Under the pieces are notes generated by a model. It was not told the DNA's origin. It was given only the letters and a program-made list of their open reading frames with translations, and ran no database searches. A DNA stretch of 64,000 nucleotides from Neodothiora populina (Eukaryota), in assembly GCF_041146345.1 (NCBI RefSeq), contig NW_027191404.1:744001-808000 (forward strand), written 5' to 3'. Below, in pieces: positions 24,559 through 36,079 of this stretch (position 1 is the stretch's first letter; each line of letters begins with the position of its first letter). Made by a program: the position numbers and the translations under genes.

Positions 24559-27500
24559 TCATTCATGCAGATAAGTGCAATTATCGCCCTTTTGGCACTT
24601 TCCCAGTTTCCAGTACTTGCAAGGTAACGTGTAATGCTTGCCCTTGACTCCTCCCTTCTTTGCCGCCCACTTACGGCCCTGAGAGCCTGCGTCTTCCTCA
24701 CCATTGTCGCGCCACCGCCTGCGTTCTTCGTTGTCGTACGATTCATTTTGCTGTTGGGATTGTGCGAAATTATTCATATCGAGTGCTGGCATCTGGAAGG
24801 GAAAAGCTCCAGCATTGCCCATTTGTGGTCCATTTGGTGCTTGGTTGAGTTGACCAAAGATGGCAGCAAGGTTCGGTGGCGGTACCATACCAGCCATCTG
24901 GGGCTGCTGATGGGCATGCTGCTGTTGGATTGCTGATGCAGTAGAGTTTCCGGCACCTTGTGACTGTAGATTCGCCAATATGTTGGCAATGTTTGGGGTT
25001 GTCGGGTTCTGTTGAGGCTGAGCTGATGCTTGGGGCATATTCGCTAGTAACCCAAGAAGATCGGGAATTGGATTGGACACTTGACCTCCTGTTCCCGCTT
25101 GCGGTGCTGCAGCTGTTGGTTGCTGAGGCTTGATCAAAGCTAGTATAGCAGAGATGTCCGGTCCAGTAGATGCGGATGATTGTTGTAGAGCTGCGCTCGG
25201 CTGCGTCGTGAAACGAGCAGCTCTTGTCTGCACTTTATTAGCAGGTACAGTCGAGTGAAATACCTTCAAGTACTTACAGCCACAATGCTTTGCGGATCAG
25301 GGTCGCCAAATGATCGAGTAGCCACTGGTTCTCCGTTATACGGGTCCACCGGCTCCCGAGGGCAGGGGGGACTGTCGTAAGCCATGAGTGTGTTTGCTTC
25401 ATACTGCTCGCGAATGCCTTTCTCTAGAGACTCTGGCTGAGCCTCTCCTCCACCGAACGGAGCATAGTTCCTCCTTCGTTCGTCCGCGTCAACATTGGAG
25501 AAGTCGATTACTTTGTAAAAATTAGCCATTGCATATAAATCTTGATGTAGGTTGAGAACTTACAGCTCAAAGCGTGATACTCCCGTAAGTCTTCCTCTCC
25601 AGGCTCTTCATCATCCTCGACTTCAGCCATGTCTTTGTGCTGCTTGAACATGCGACCTTCTCCTCCAACATCCGATACGTCACGGATCATACTTGCGTCG
25701 TGACCAACCTCTTCTTCCGCGTCATGGTGGAAAATGCGAACTTCAACGAGCTGATTGTCAGGTCGAAACGTAACTCGAAGCTTGCGGCGCTGCTCTTTGC
25801 GCAGACGCTTTGCTTTCTGTTCTACTGTCTCGGGTGGACGCTTGTCTTCTTCTTTTGGCGTAGCTTCTCTCTCCTTTGGCTTAGTTAGATTAGCCATAGT
25901 TTCCGCAAAGGAAAACGCGGGCTTGGTCGGAGCAGAAGAACCCGCAGGGGTAGCAGCTTTCTTCTCGATGGATTTACTGTGTTCGTCAGCAATAGTACCC
26001 AGAGTGCATGACTAAAACGTTGTACTTACATGGCATTTGCAACGACCGAAGAGCTGACCGGCTTGGCTGGGACGGCTTTCTTGACTCCAGCACTTGCTGC
26101 AAGTGATCCTCCAGCTGGCTTAGCGCCTATGGGTTTTGGTCTGGCTGTTGTTGCTGTGATGTTTGTGGCCAAAGGTTTGTTGGAAGTCGCAGTGCTTGTT
26201 ATGCTTCGCTTCACGGGGAGTATGGTCTTGTTAGCTGTCGAGGAGGTGGTGGAGGCCGGCGAACCAGGCCCAGCGCCTGCAGCACCGCTCGCGGTGGAGG
26301 CGACACGCTTTTGTGGTTGTCCAGAAACCACGCCACTAGGAGCAGCACGCTTGACACCTGCAACAGGTTCTGGCGTGCTTCGATGCATTGGTGGAGACTT
26401 GGGCGCTTTTGGATCATTAGTCTTTGCCTCCGTCTTGGGAGCTCCTTGACCGGTACTGTCGTTTCTTTTCTTCTTGTGATCTGCTACCGAAGCATCAATG
26501 CGCTTGACTAGAGCTTTCGTTTCCATGCTACCTTTTTTGGCAAAGCGCGGATATACCTTGCCCAAACGCGTCTTTTCAAGGTTCTCTTCGGTGAGCGTAG
26601 TGCAATTTGCAAGGATCTATTTCGATTGTTAGTTCAAGTTACTGCGCGCAACTGATTTGATGCAACATACCTCAAGTATCGCACGAGTCAAACGACCATC
26701 GAAATCTTCTTCCTTGAAGCGGTCGAGAAGGAACTGATAAAGGAGGTAAAGAAATGATGCGTTCTCTCCAAACCTAGTGCATGCAGAATCAGTATCACGT
26801 AAAAAAATAGCATTTATACGTGCAGCAAGCGTGCATGATTCATGTAAATGAGGAGGATTGAAGTAAGCTTTAGTCTAATCTTAACATTGATGGACGAATG
26901 TTTCCCATCATCGGTCTACCATACTAGGAAAGTATTGGTGCGTCTTACGACTCATGATACCCGAGCCCCGGATGAAGGTAGCAGAGCAGCCCTAAACAGT
27001 CTAAACGAAGAATTGTAAAAGGTAATGCTCTGTCTTCACACGGCATGCTCTTCTATCATTTCGTCTAGTCGGAATATTGCACCCGGTAGATGTGAGGTGC
27101 AATCGCATTGCTGCAAGCAGTACACTTGAAGCACAAAGCACGAGGGATTGTCATCAACTTACAATTCTAGGATGCTCTTGTGCCCATACTCGATGGCGGT
27201 GGTGAGCGCAGTCTCAAGCATGTTGCGTTGATCTTTGACTCTACTCTTAAGCAAGGGCACTTCGCCGTACTGCTTCTTCTCTTCTGCTTGTGTCACCGCT
27301 GCTGTGTCAGTTTTCCATCGGTCGCGTATCGTTCGCACAACTTCCCAGAAATCTTTCAGGCCATTCCTGATCTCTGTGCTATCGACCTCAAAACGTTTGC
27401 TACGCCACGTTGATTTGATAGAATCATATTTCACAGCTTCAAGAGGGGTATCAGGGCGCCGTGCAGGTAACGGTGATGGCTCAGCGAGCTCGTCATCTGA

Positions 27501-28585
27501 ATAATCATCCGAGTCTTCAGAAGAGGATTCATCCGAGCTGGAAGCATCACCTTCATACTTGATCCCTGGCGTTGGTTGCCACGACTTAGTAAGCAGAGGC
27601 TGTGCTTTCACAGCAGATGCCGACCCGTGCGTCTTCTTGTGATGCTTCTTTCCGAACTTGGCTATTTTCATGGGTTAGACTACGGGCAGCGTTTCTAGTA
27701 GAAATGCATAACTTACCTAACAACTTCGGATCGTTTCTAGCAAGCTGGCGTAACTCGTTACGAGATCTCCTCCGTGCAGGATTCGGGACGATTGCTGGAA
27801 GTTGTCAGCACAATTTCACTGGACATGTATGATCATCTAACCCTTGTTTATGGGATACTCGAATTCCTGTTGTCCAACATTGACAAAAGCATTCACCCTT
27901 CGAGTGTTGGTCGCTGAAACAAGTTTCTCAAAGTCTATATTCGAGAACAATCCAGAGATGACACCCTGCGGCACAGCAGCACATAGTGAAGCTTGATCAG
28001 CGGTGGGCACTGGAGGAAGTGAGTTAGCAAAGCCAGTCGCCGCGGTGGTGCGATTGCGACTGTAGCCCTGGAACTTGTTAGTACTGCTGGTCATCCAAGC
28101 CGGGTGTTGGAAAGTCTTACCTGACTGTCTATGTTTCCCAAAGTCTGAGAGAACTGAGGTTGCTCGTGCTGAAGAGCTTGAGGCGCAATGGTGCCATGTT
28201 GCATTGCCTGATGTCCGAAAGTGCTGTGGCCGACATAGTTTGAATTATCACCAACTGAAGTGCTTGGCACCAGAGAAGGATCATATGGAGAGTGCAAATA
28301 TTGATGCGGATCGCCATAACCATAAGTGGTCGCAGCTTGGATGTCTGAAGGACCTTTGGAAAATGAGCGGCCGTAGGTATCTAAGCCTGGGGTCGAGGCA
28401 GCAGATTGTTGCCAATTCGGGTGGGGCGCAGTTGATTGAGCAATTGGCTCATTATTCATGGAATTTAGATCCCAACTGACATCATTATTTGGAACACTTG
28501 CAAATATGTCGAACGAATCATCAGCAAAACTCTCGTTTTGATACCCTTGCAAATTCTGTGGTCTGATGTATCCCTGGCCGTCCAT
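24559..28585 (-). CDS. PNUTS/Ppn1-like PP1 regulatory subunit (TFIIS-N-like domain, RVxF motif, C-terminal CCCH zinc finger), ~9 exons
   Basis: Spliced FGENASFLYLLYQFLLDRFK..RAILE|ILANCTTLTEENLEKTRLGKV resembles a TFIIS N-terminal domain. RRKLRVTFRPDNQLVEVRIF contains RVxF. The terminal finger is CKYWKLGKCQKGDNCTYLH. A probable 5'UTR intron lies at 28611-28659. Confidence 0.72.
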
Positions 28586-29758
28586 TGCGAGGAGCGTCTC
28601 GTCCACGACCTTTTACAGAGTACCGATTATCAGGGTCCTGTAGGATGGCCTGTGCATACGCTAAGCCGCAAGGGTGAACTGAGCCTCCACTCTTGGCTTG
28701 GAATATTACGCGGGCGTCAGCTCTCACAGCAAAAGGCTCGACGTGTTGACGAGCGGATCGTGCAACGCTGAATGTGGATGCTAACCGATACGGTCAAACA
28801 CTCCGCTGTGCTGATAGGTGGTTTTCGGAATATAGTCGCACACGCAGAGAGAGTCCCACTGTTGATGTGATGCTATGCGATAGTGCCAAAGCAGTGACTT
28901 CAACCTGTCCAGCGACGATCGCGCGACGGACACAATCTGACCAAGATAATCAATGATGATACTCCGCGCTGCAGAGCTCACGCGATTTTTAGATGGCCTA
29001 AAGATTTCAACGTGCCGCTGCAGTGAGCACTGCTGGCCGACCTTTCGAGGCCGAATTATTGTGACTTTCAAACAACGAACGCGAGCTTCAAGACAAGTAG
29101 CCTGTCGTTTGCCTCCAGTCACGGTCGCAATTTGCACTCCTTATCGAGTAAACGCTCGCCCATTAATGTCCCCCCGTTATCAAGCACACGGATGACGAGC
29201 TTTACAGGCGTACATCAAGCGCTCGCACTTAATCAGAGATGAGGAAACAGTAACGAGATGGAAATCACGAGGTAATGTTGTTGTGCAGTGGTGTTGTAGA
29301 TGGACGTTGGGTGAAGTTGTGAGGCAAGGTCAGTACAACTGCGCAATCTTGACAGCACACGCCAAGCGGCTGCCAGTTGTTCACGTGACGCAGCGGTCAT
29401 CTCCGCCACATCATGTGTGTGGGGCACCCTGGCCATACGGTAGGTCATAGGGCATGATGCATGTGTATCGTGTATGAACTGTATGTGGTGCTTTAGGAGC
29501 GACTACTGCAGTGCTGACCTTACATTATCAGAAGCGACTAATCGTTCGTGTGGCCCTGATACTTGTATACCTCGACTTGTTGTAAACGTATTTCAAGATT
29601 CAGTAAATCTGTCCATATACGATTCCTTCCACACCAAGGCTATTGCGTTCCACTAAGCTTTCCACCATCACAACACGTTGCACTCTTCATATTGTGAACA
29701 GTCGCCTTTTTATGCTGTAACGCTTTCGCAAGGCTGAGAGGCAGCCATCAACACAGTC

Positions 29759-32076
29759 ATGGCCAGTAATTATCCGACGCTGAGGGATCGCCAAGTGGGT
29801 ATGTATGGGTGCGGCAGACAATAGCCAACCTTGGAGCTGATGATTGTAGCTTCAATTGAGCAGGTCCTGAATCTGAACAAACCCGCGCAACCGAGCCCCG
29901 ATGGCCAGAACGATCAAACAATTGGCAATGGGTTGACCACCAAATCCACCCCTATACTCAATGCCGACGGAGAACCGGTGTGGAAAGTGCTCGTCTTTGA
30001 CAGTCTAGGCAGAGATGTCATCAGCAGTGTTCTACGCGTCTCTGACCTCCGCGCCTGGGGCGTCACTATTCACATGTATGTAGCATAGGGGCTGGCTTGC
30101 GACGAGTCCAAGCCAACGAGTATGCTGAGTCGTATGACAGAGCTGCTGCTGACAGCTTTATGTCAGACCCATTACCTCGAAACGCGCAGCTATACCTGAT
30201 GTACCTGCGCTCTATCTTGTCGAACCCACGCCAGCCAACCTCGAGATCATCTCCTCGGACCTCCAGAAGGGCCTCTACTCATCTGCTTACGTCAATTTTC
30301 TGACGTCGATATCGAGACCCCTACTCGAAGACTTTGCAGCTCAAATCGCAACCGCCGGAACATCAGAAAGCATAGAACAGATCTACGATCAGTACCTCAA
30401 TTTTGTCGTCAGCGAGCCCAACCTGTTCAGCTTGGGCATGGGCAAGGATGTCTACTGGACCATGAACAGCGCTGCGACAAGCGATGACGAGATCGATGCG
30501 AAGGTTGACCGCATCGTCAGCGGACTTTTCAGCGTGGCTGTGACAATGGGCACGATTCCCATCATAAGATGCCCCAAAGGCGGCGCGGCTGAAATGATTG
30601 CCGCAAAGCTGGACAGAAAGCTGAGAGATCACATTCTGAACGCAAAGGACAACCTGTTCTCCGGTGCAAATGCTCGAGCAAATACCTCGGCCCGGACGCC
30701 CACTTCGAGACCGATCCTGGTTATTGTGGATCGCAATGTTGACCTGGTGCCAATGCTTTCGCATTCGTGGACGTACCAATCACTTGTGCACGACGTCCTG
30801 AAGATGCATCTGAACAGGATAACGGTGGAGATCCCAGGTGATGAGGCCGATGGCACCAAGGCCGGGACAAAGCGTGCCTACGACCTGAACTCGAACGACT
30901 TTTTCTGGGCCAAAAACGCCGGTGCTCCATTCCCACAGGTAGCGGAGGATATCGATACAGAACTCACTCGCTACAAGGATGACGCAAATGAGGTCACAAA
31001 GAAGACAGGCGCTTCATCAATTGATGATCTCCAGAACGATACGTCGGCGTCTGCGCAACACCTGAAGGCAGCAATTACATTGCTACCCGAGCTGAGGGAG
31101 CGCAAGAACATCCTAGACATGCACATGAACATCGCGACGGCTCTGCTCAAAGGCATCAAGGATCGCCAACTGGACAATTATTTCCAATTGGAGGAGAACA
31201 TTACCAGATATACCAAGGCGCAAATGATGGACCTTCTCACCGACAACGACAAAGGCAGCGAGCCTCTCGATAAGCTACGAATCTTCATCATCTGGTTCCT
31301 CAGTACCGAGCAAGACATCTCAAGAGCAGACATGGAGAGCTTGGAAGACGCATTGCGCAAGTCCGGGGTGGACACTGCACCTGTAGCATACATCAAGCGG
31401 TAAGTAGAGCCCGAACGCGGGCGTCTGCTGAGGAGGGTTTCATTAGACTAATGGTGAATCCAGGGTGCGAGAGATTACACGAATGACAATGATTTCTTCG
31501 GCACCAACCCAACCAGCAAATTCGTCAGCGTCCAACGACTTGTTCCGTGGATTCTCCTCACTCTCGAAGGGCCTGACGGATCGATTCAAGGAAGCAGGGA
31601 TCGGGTCTAACTTTGAGGGACTAATTTCAGGAGTCAAGAACTTCCTGCCCGCCAACAAAGATCTCACCTTGACGAAGATAACAGAGTCACTCATGGATCC
31701 CACGAACGCTAGCACGAGCGCTCTGCAAAAGACGGAGGGCTACTTATACTTTGATCCTCGTAGCGCAAATGCTCGGGGAACCATGCCACCCACAGCATCG
31801 CAAACGAGAAATGCAAGTGGCGGCAGCGCAAGCAGAGGGATCGAGGCAAGTTTCGGCCAACGAAGGCAGGGGTTCAGTGAAGCCATTGTATTCACAGTTG
31901 GTGGCGGAAGTATGGACGAATATGGCAATCTCCAGGACTGGGCCAACAGGACGAGTGGACAGAGTGCCGCCGGGTCTGTGGGTAAGAAGCGGATCGTGTA
32001 CGGCAGCACTGAGCTTGTCAACGCCGAGGACTTTGTCCTGGGTGACTTAACCAAGCTCGGCAACGAAAGCGTATAG
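29759..32076 (+). CDS. SLY1: Sec1/Munc18-family ER-Golgi protein Sly1, 4 exons
   Basis: [93 protein letters not shown] and IVYGSTE. Introns 29799-29849, 30076-30166 and 31400-~31463. Confidence 0.96.
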
Positions 32077-32677
32077 GCTGCAGCAGAAAGGTGGAAGCAA
32101 GTAAGAAGCGTAATTCGCCAATGCAAATGGCAAAGCCATGAAAGGATCCTGCACTTATCATCAATCCGCCGCCTTATACCTTATCTAGTGATATGTCTAG
32201 TGATGGCAGTGTTGTGTACCATGTACGGGCAAGGATTCCAATTGTCAAAAGATGGGGATGGCGATTGCCAAGAATCCGGGGCGAGATGTCGGCGATTGAT
32301 GGAGCGAGTGGCGTAATGTTGGGTTACCTTGGGTTAGGTTGGTTACCTTGCCTTAGTTATTTTGCTACAGTACCTACTGTACCTTACCTTACATTACGCT
32401 CAGGTCACTCCATAACATCATCATCATCTTCAGTCATCATCCCATGTGATACTGTTCATGATACACTGCTAATATTCAGCTCTCTGCTGCTGCGCGTCCA
32501 CACACTATCTTCCAGACCCTACCCCGAAGGACTCACGAGTTCTGTACTCTCCTACGCCATAGCTCCCACCCTTAGCCGGAGGGAGGGGAGGTCGTTGAGC
32601 CCAGTTCGTTCTGGCCACAGAGCGCGCACAGGTGGATAATCATCAAAGCATCGCACGAAGCTGCTTCTCCATCGACC

Positions 32678-34846
32678 ATGGCTCCAGGCCGTTCGACAAA
32701 AACACTCGTGAGCCGGCGCCGAAGGACAAAGGGCGATGAGGAAGACGAGGAAGAGGACGAGGACGATGATTCGGTGACGATGGTCGATGATACCCAGAGC
32801 GAGCTTTCCGCCGCCAGCGATGTGGACGAAGCGACAGAAGCCGACGCCGACGCCGAAGCCAGTGACATGAGTGATAGCGACACCAGTGGACATGTGCATC
32901 GCGACAGTACACTGGGGGGAAACAGCACAATGCGCGAGAACGGTGAAGGTGCGAACGGCGCACGCTCAAAAAAGAGAAGAAAGGCAAGAAAGAACAGGGA
33001 ACAGGGTCTGGCGCCAGACATGGCGACCAAGTCTGCTGAGGCATCTGCTGGTTCGCACCTGCAATCGAACGGGGCCGCCACCACTGGTTCTACGCGAGTC
33101 GAGGGCGAGGGCGCCCATACTGAGGAGACCGAGGGTGGCGTGGCACAAGACTCAAGCAGGCCGGACAATCAGGCGGGATCTGGTAGGAGAGGCGTGACCG
33201 TAGCTGATAAGAGAAGGCGAGAGCATGAGGAATACAAGAAGAAGCGGGATTCGGATCCTACCTTTATTCCCAACCGAGGGGGGTTCTTCATGCATGACGC
33301 TCGCATCCCCGAGCAGCGTGGCTTCTCCCAGTTTGGTAGAGGAAGAGGGCGCGGACGAGGCTTTGCTGGCGCTCCTTTTGCTCCAGGACCGTATGTATCA
33401 CCACTGCAGCACTGTTCGCTGCTGACCTTCGCTGACCCGTCATACAGACAAATTGCTCCACCTGAGAGCGCTGCTGATGCAAACTGGAAACACGACCTCC
33501 ACGAGACCATCAACGAGCCCGCCACATCATCGAAACCTTCCGACAATCGCTACGATGCCGTCACCCCAATCGATCCCGCGTCCAAGGGAGGCTACGGACC
33601 ATCACGACCTCTGAACTTCTCCAAGTCTACACAAATCGGCAAAGTACAGATCAGAGTGCTTCTCCCCAGCGCTGCTGCTCCTATACTCTTCTCAGATGTT
33701 CCCGTCAAGTCCCACGCCCGTCTGCCTGATCACCGCCCTCCACTCCGTCGTGATAAGCCTGTGCGGATATCCCTTCCCGACACCCCGCCACGCTACCAAT
33801 TCCCCTCCGGCGAGCGGTCGTTCATCTTCATTCCGAGAGCGATGAGACCTAACCAGCAAGGCTTCGGAAGAGCGAGAGGCAGCTTTGGTGCGTACGCTGG
33901 CCCTGCTAGCAGAAGGACTAGCATGTATGGGGGCAGCGTCTACACACCCAGCGTCTCCATGAGTCGCAGATCATCGCTTGCCCGGGAGATCCCTCGGGAT
34001 TCAGCCTTCTCTCCTGCCGGCTCATACGCTGGACGGCCCTCGGCACAGTCGAACCGACCCGTCGTACGTCTACCGCATGCTGCATCTCATCCCCCCTCGA
34101 ACGCATCGCCGGCAGGGTCAGTGACAGCATTCGGGCAAGGCCAGTCATATCCTTTGCCGCAGAAGCCTGAATATGAGCACTGGGCCGAGCCTGCCACTAT
34201 GTACCAGCCTCGACCTCAGAAGACCATCTCTGTCACCGGGATTGAGTCACCTGCCGGATTGGCGCTTCATGCGCCACAGCAGCAGGATCAGCAACCCTTC
34301 CACAGCCAATTACCACGTAACATGGGCAGCGAGAGCGGCATGACGATGGTGCAGCAGAGCGCAGACCCGACCCAGCCAGCGTACTATGCTCCGCCATACC
34401 TCTATCCAGGCGCCGCGAGCACAGGCACACCATTATCGAACATCCCCGAACGAGCAATACATGCTCAACCTTTCCAGCCAGTGCCAGCCTTTTACCCACA
34501 ATACCCGGCACAAGGATACTACTACCCTGCTCAAGCTCCTCAATACCCACCTGAACCTGCCTATGCACCTCCAACACAACCAGGGTTCGCACCGGCGGCG
34601 GTGAATGCGGCGCCTGGTGCGGGTGTTGTCGCAGATCCGAATCAAGCCCCACCGGGCACTGTAGCGTTCGAGAGTAATGGCATGGTCTACTATCAGGATG
34701 CCGCACAAGTTCCTCAATACTCTCCGCAAGAAGGCTTCTACCAAGCTCCAGTCTATGGCATGGGAGGGATGATGACACCGGGGCCGGAGGGTAATTACTA
34801 TTACCCGCAGGCGGTCGCCGGTCCTCTTTATTATTCTCAGTCTTAA
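32678..34846 (+). CDS. Btz/CASC3 (Barentsz/MLN51)-domain protein, exon-junction-complex associated
   Basis: DPTFIPNRGGFFMHD...RGRGRG...WKHDLHE Btz-like motifs, with an acidic N-terminus and a P/Y/Q-rich C-terminus. Probable in-frame intron at 33391-33447. Confidence 0.78.
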   Translation: MAPGRSTKTLVSRRRRTKGDEEDEEEDEDDDSVTMVDDTQSELSAASDVDEATEADADAEASDMSDSDTSGHVHRDSTLGGNSTMRENGEGANGARSKKRRKARKNREQGLAPDMATKSAEASAGSHLQSNGAATTGSTRVEGEGAHTEETEGGVAQDSSRPDNQAGSGRRGVTVADKRRREHEEYKKKRDSDPTFIPNRGGFFMHDARIPEQRGFSQFGRGRGRGRGFAGAPFAPGPYVSPLQHCSLLTFADPSYRQIAPPESAADANWKHDLHETINEPATSSKPSDNRYDAVTPIDPASKGGYGPSRPLNFSKSTQIGKVQIRVLLPSAAAPILFSDVPVKSHARLPDHRPPLRRDKPVRISLPDTPPRYQFPSGERSFIFIPRAMRPNQQGFGRARGSFGAYAGPASRRTSMYGGSVYTPSVSMSRRSSLAREIPRDSAFSPAGSYAGRPSAQSNRPVVRLPHAASHPPSNASPAGSVTAFGQGQSYPLPQKPEYEHWAEPATMYQPRPQKTISVTGIESPAGLALHAPQQQDQQPFHSQLPRNMGSESGMTMVQQSADPTQPAYYAPPYLYPGAASTGTPLSNIPERAIHAQPFQPVPAFYPQYPAQGYYYPAQAPQYPPEPAYAPPTQPGFAPAAVNAAPGAGVVADPNQAPPGTVAFESNGMVYYQDAAQVPQYSPQEGFYQAPVYGMGGMMTPGPEGNYYYPQAVAGPLYYSQS

Positions 34847-35714
34847 AAGGGCAATTTCTGCGCAGTCAGATGTTGTCCTTTCTCTACCGGTTTGCGAGAG
34901 CTCTCAGAGCTCATTTTGGATATGGTGAGTACTTGGCTTTAGGCCACCAGTACGCACATTGTGGGAAGAAAAAAGTGATATACAACGAAACCTATTCTGA
35001 GGATGCTTCTGAGCTTCCTTTACGTTCATATGATTCAATGTCCATCTTGTTTGTTTCCAAGTCCAATGGTAACACTAGAAAATGCGTTCAGAGAAGATAA
35101 GCTTCTGTTTGTCCCACGTTCTGGCACTCACTCAGGTACTTTTCAAGAATTTGTAGCATTGTCAGCGCCTGTTTGTATCGACTAACACGCCTGAAAAATA
35201 AAGTGTTTCGTCACTTCACCCTTGACATGTGAGGCGGAAAGACAGGAGTGAGAGCGAAGCACAATATGAGACAGGCGAATCAGAAGCGAGGGCCTATTGG
35301 AGTCATGCGGTTGCGTGGCCGTCAGGCCAGTGAGAGTGGGTGACCGCTTGACCGGTCATGATCCGCGAATGGGGCGGCTGAGGTAGGTAGGCAGACTACG
35401 GGCAGAAGGTGTTTGCAAACAACAAGAACAGATAATTGTAGTCTCATATATCCAGGGATTCTCAGACACAATTGATCATCTGTGATTCATGAATGTAATG
35501 TGAGGCCTGTGAAGTAATCTTCATTGGCGAGTGAGAAACCACGAACTGTTGTAGCACAAGTTGACTATAATTAGTCGGGTTGCGCATTAAGACTCGCGGC
35601 ACTCTGCTAAGTGCCAGCCAGTGCGATAAGGCAAGATAGCGTGCTGTACAGCAAGGGAATGTGGCCTGTGCGCCCTCCCCCGCAAAGAGAGTGAGTGTCG
35701 TTGCCCTGAGCTCT

Positions 35715-35788
35715 AGGTAAGGTAAGGTAACTACCTCAGGTAAGATGGCAGGTACGGAGTACCTACCTTACCTTAGCTAAGTAGGTAC
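35715..35788. promoter_or_regulatory. AGGTA/TACCT-rich upstream element with a 12-bp inverted repeat
   Basis: TAAGGTAAGGTA (35718-35729) and TACCTTACCTTA (35764-35775), about 300 bp upstream of the Nbr1-like ATG. The same core recurs upstream of other genes. A regulatory role is inferred. Confidence 0.5.
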
Positions 35789-36079
35789 CACCAGCCGGCG
35801 CTGACCATCACTCGTCTACCTTGTCTTGCCTTCCTCCGCCTTGCCTCATTCATCTCCCTCTCTCTCTCTTTCTCCAACACCTCTTTCCATCATCATCATC
35901 GTCATCCGTCCTTGTATACCATCTCCTCCATCTTCATTTCTGCACTTTTGTATCATCACGATACGAATCCCATTTAAGGTTGCAGTTCCAACCTCAGGTT
36001 CGGCATCTCCGCGACCAGCAGCAGCAGTACGTGACAAGCTGGTTGCCTCGCCGGCGACGCTCGCCGCCCGTTTCCCATC

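Noticed and set aside
30076..30166. Possible stwintron or microexon in SLY1 intron 2 (internal GTATGC at ~30120)
   Set aside because: A single 91-nt GT-AG intron restores the frame; the first half has no good branch point and there is no split-donor configuration.
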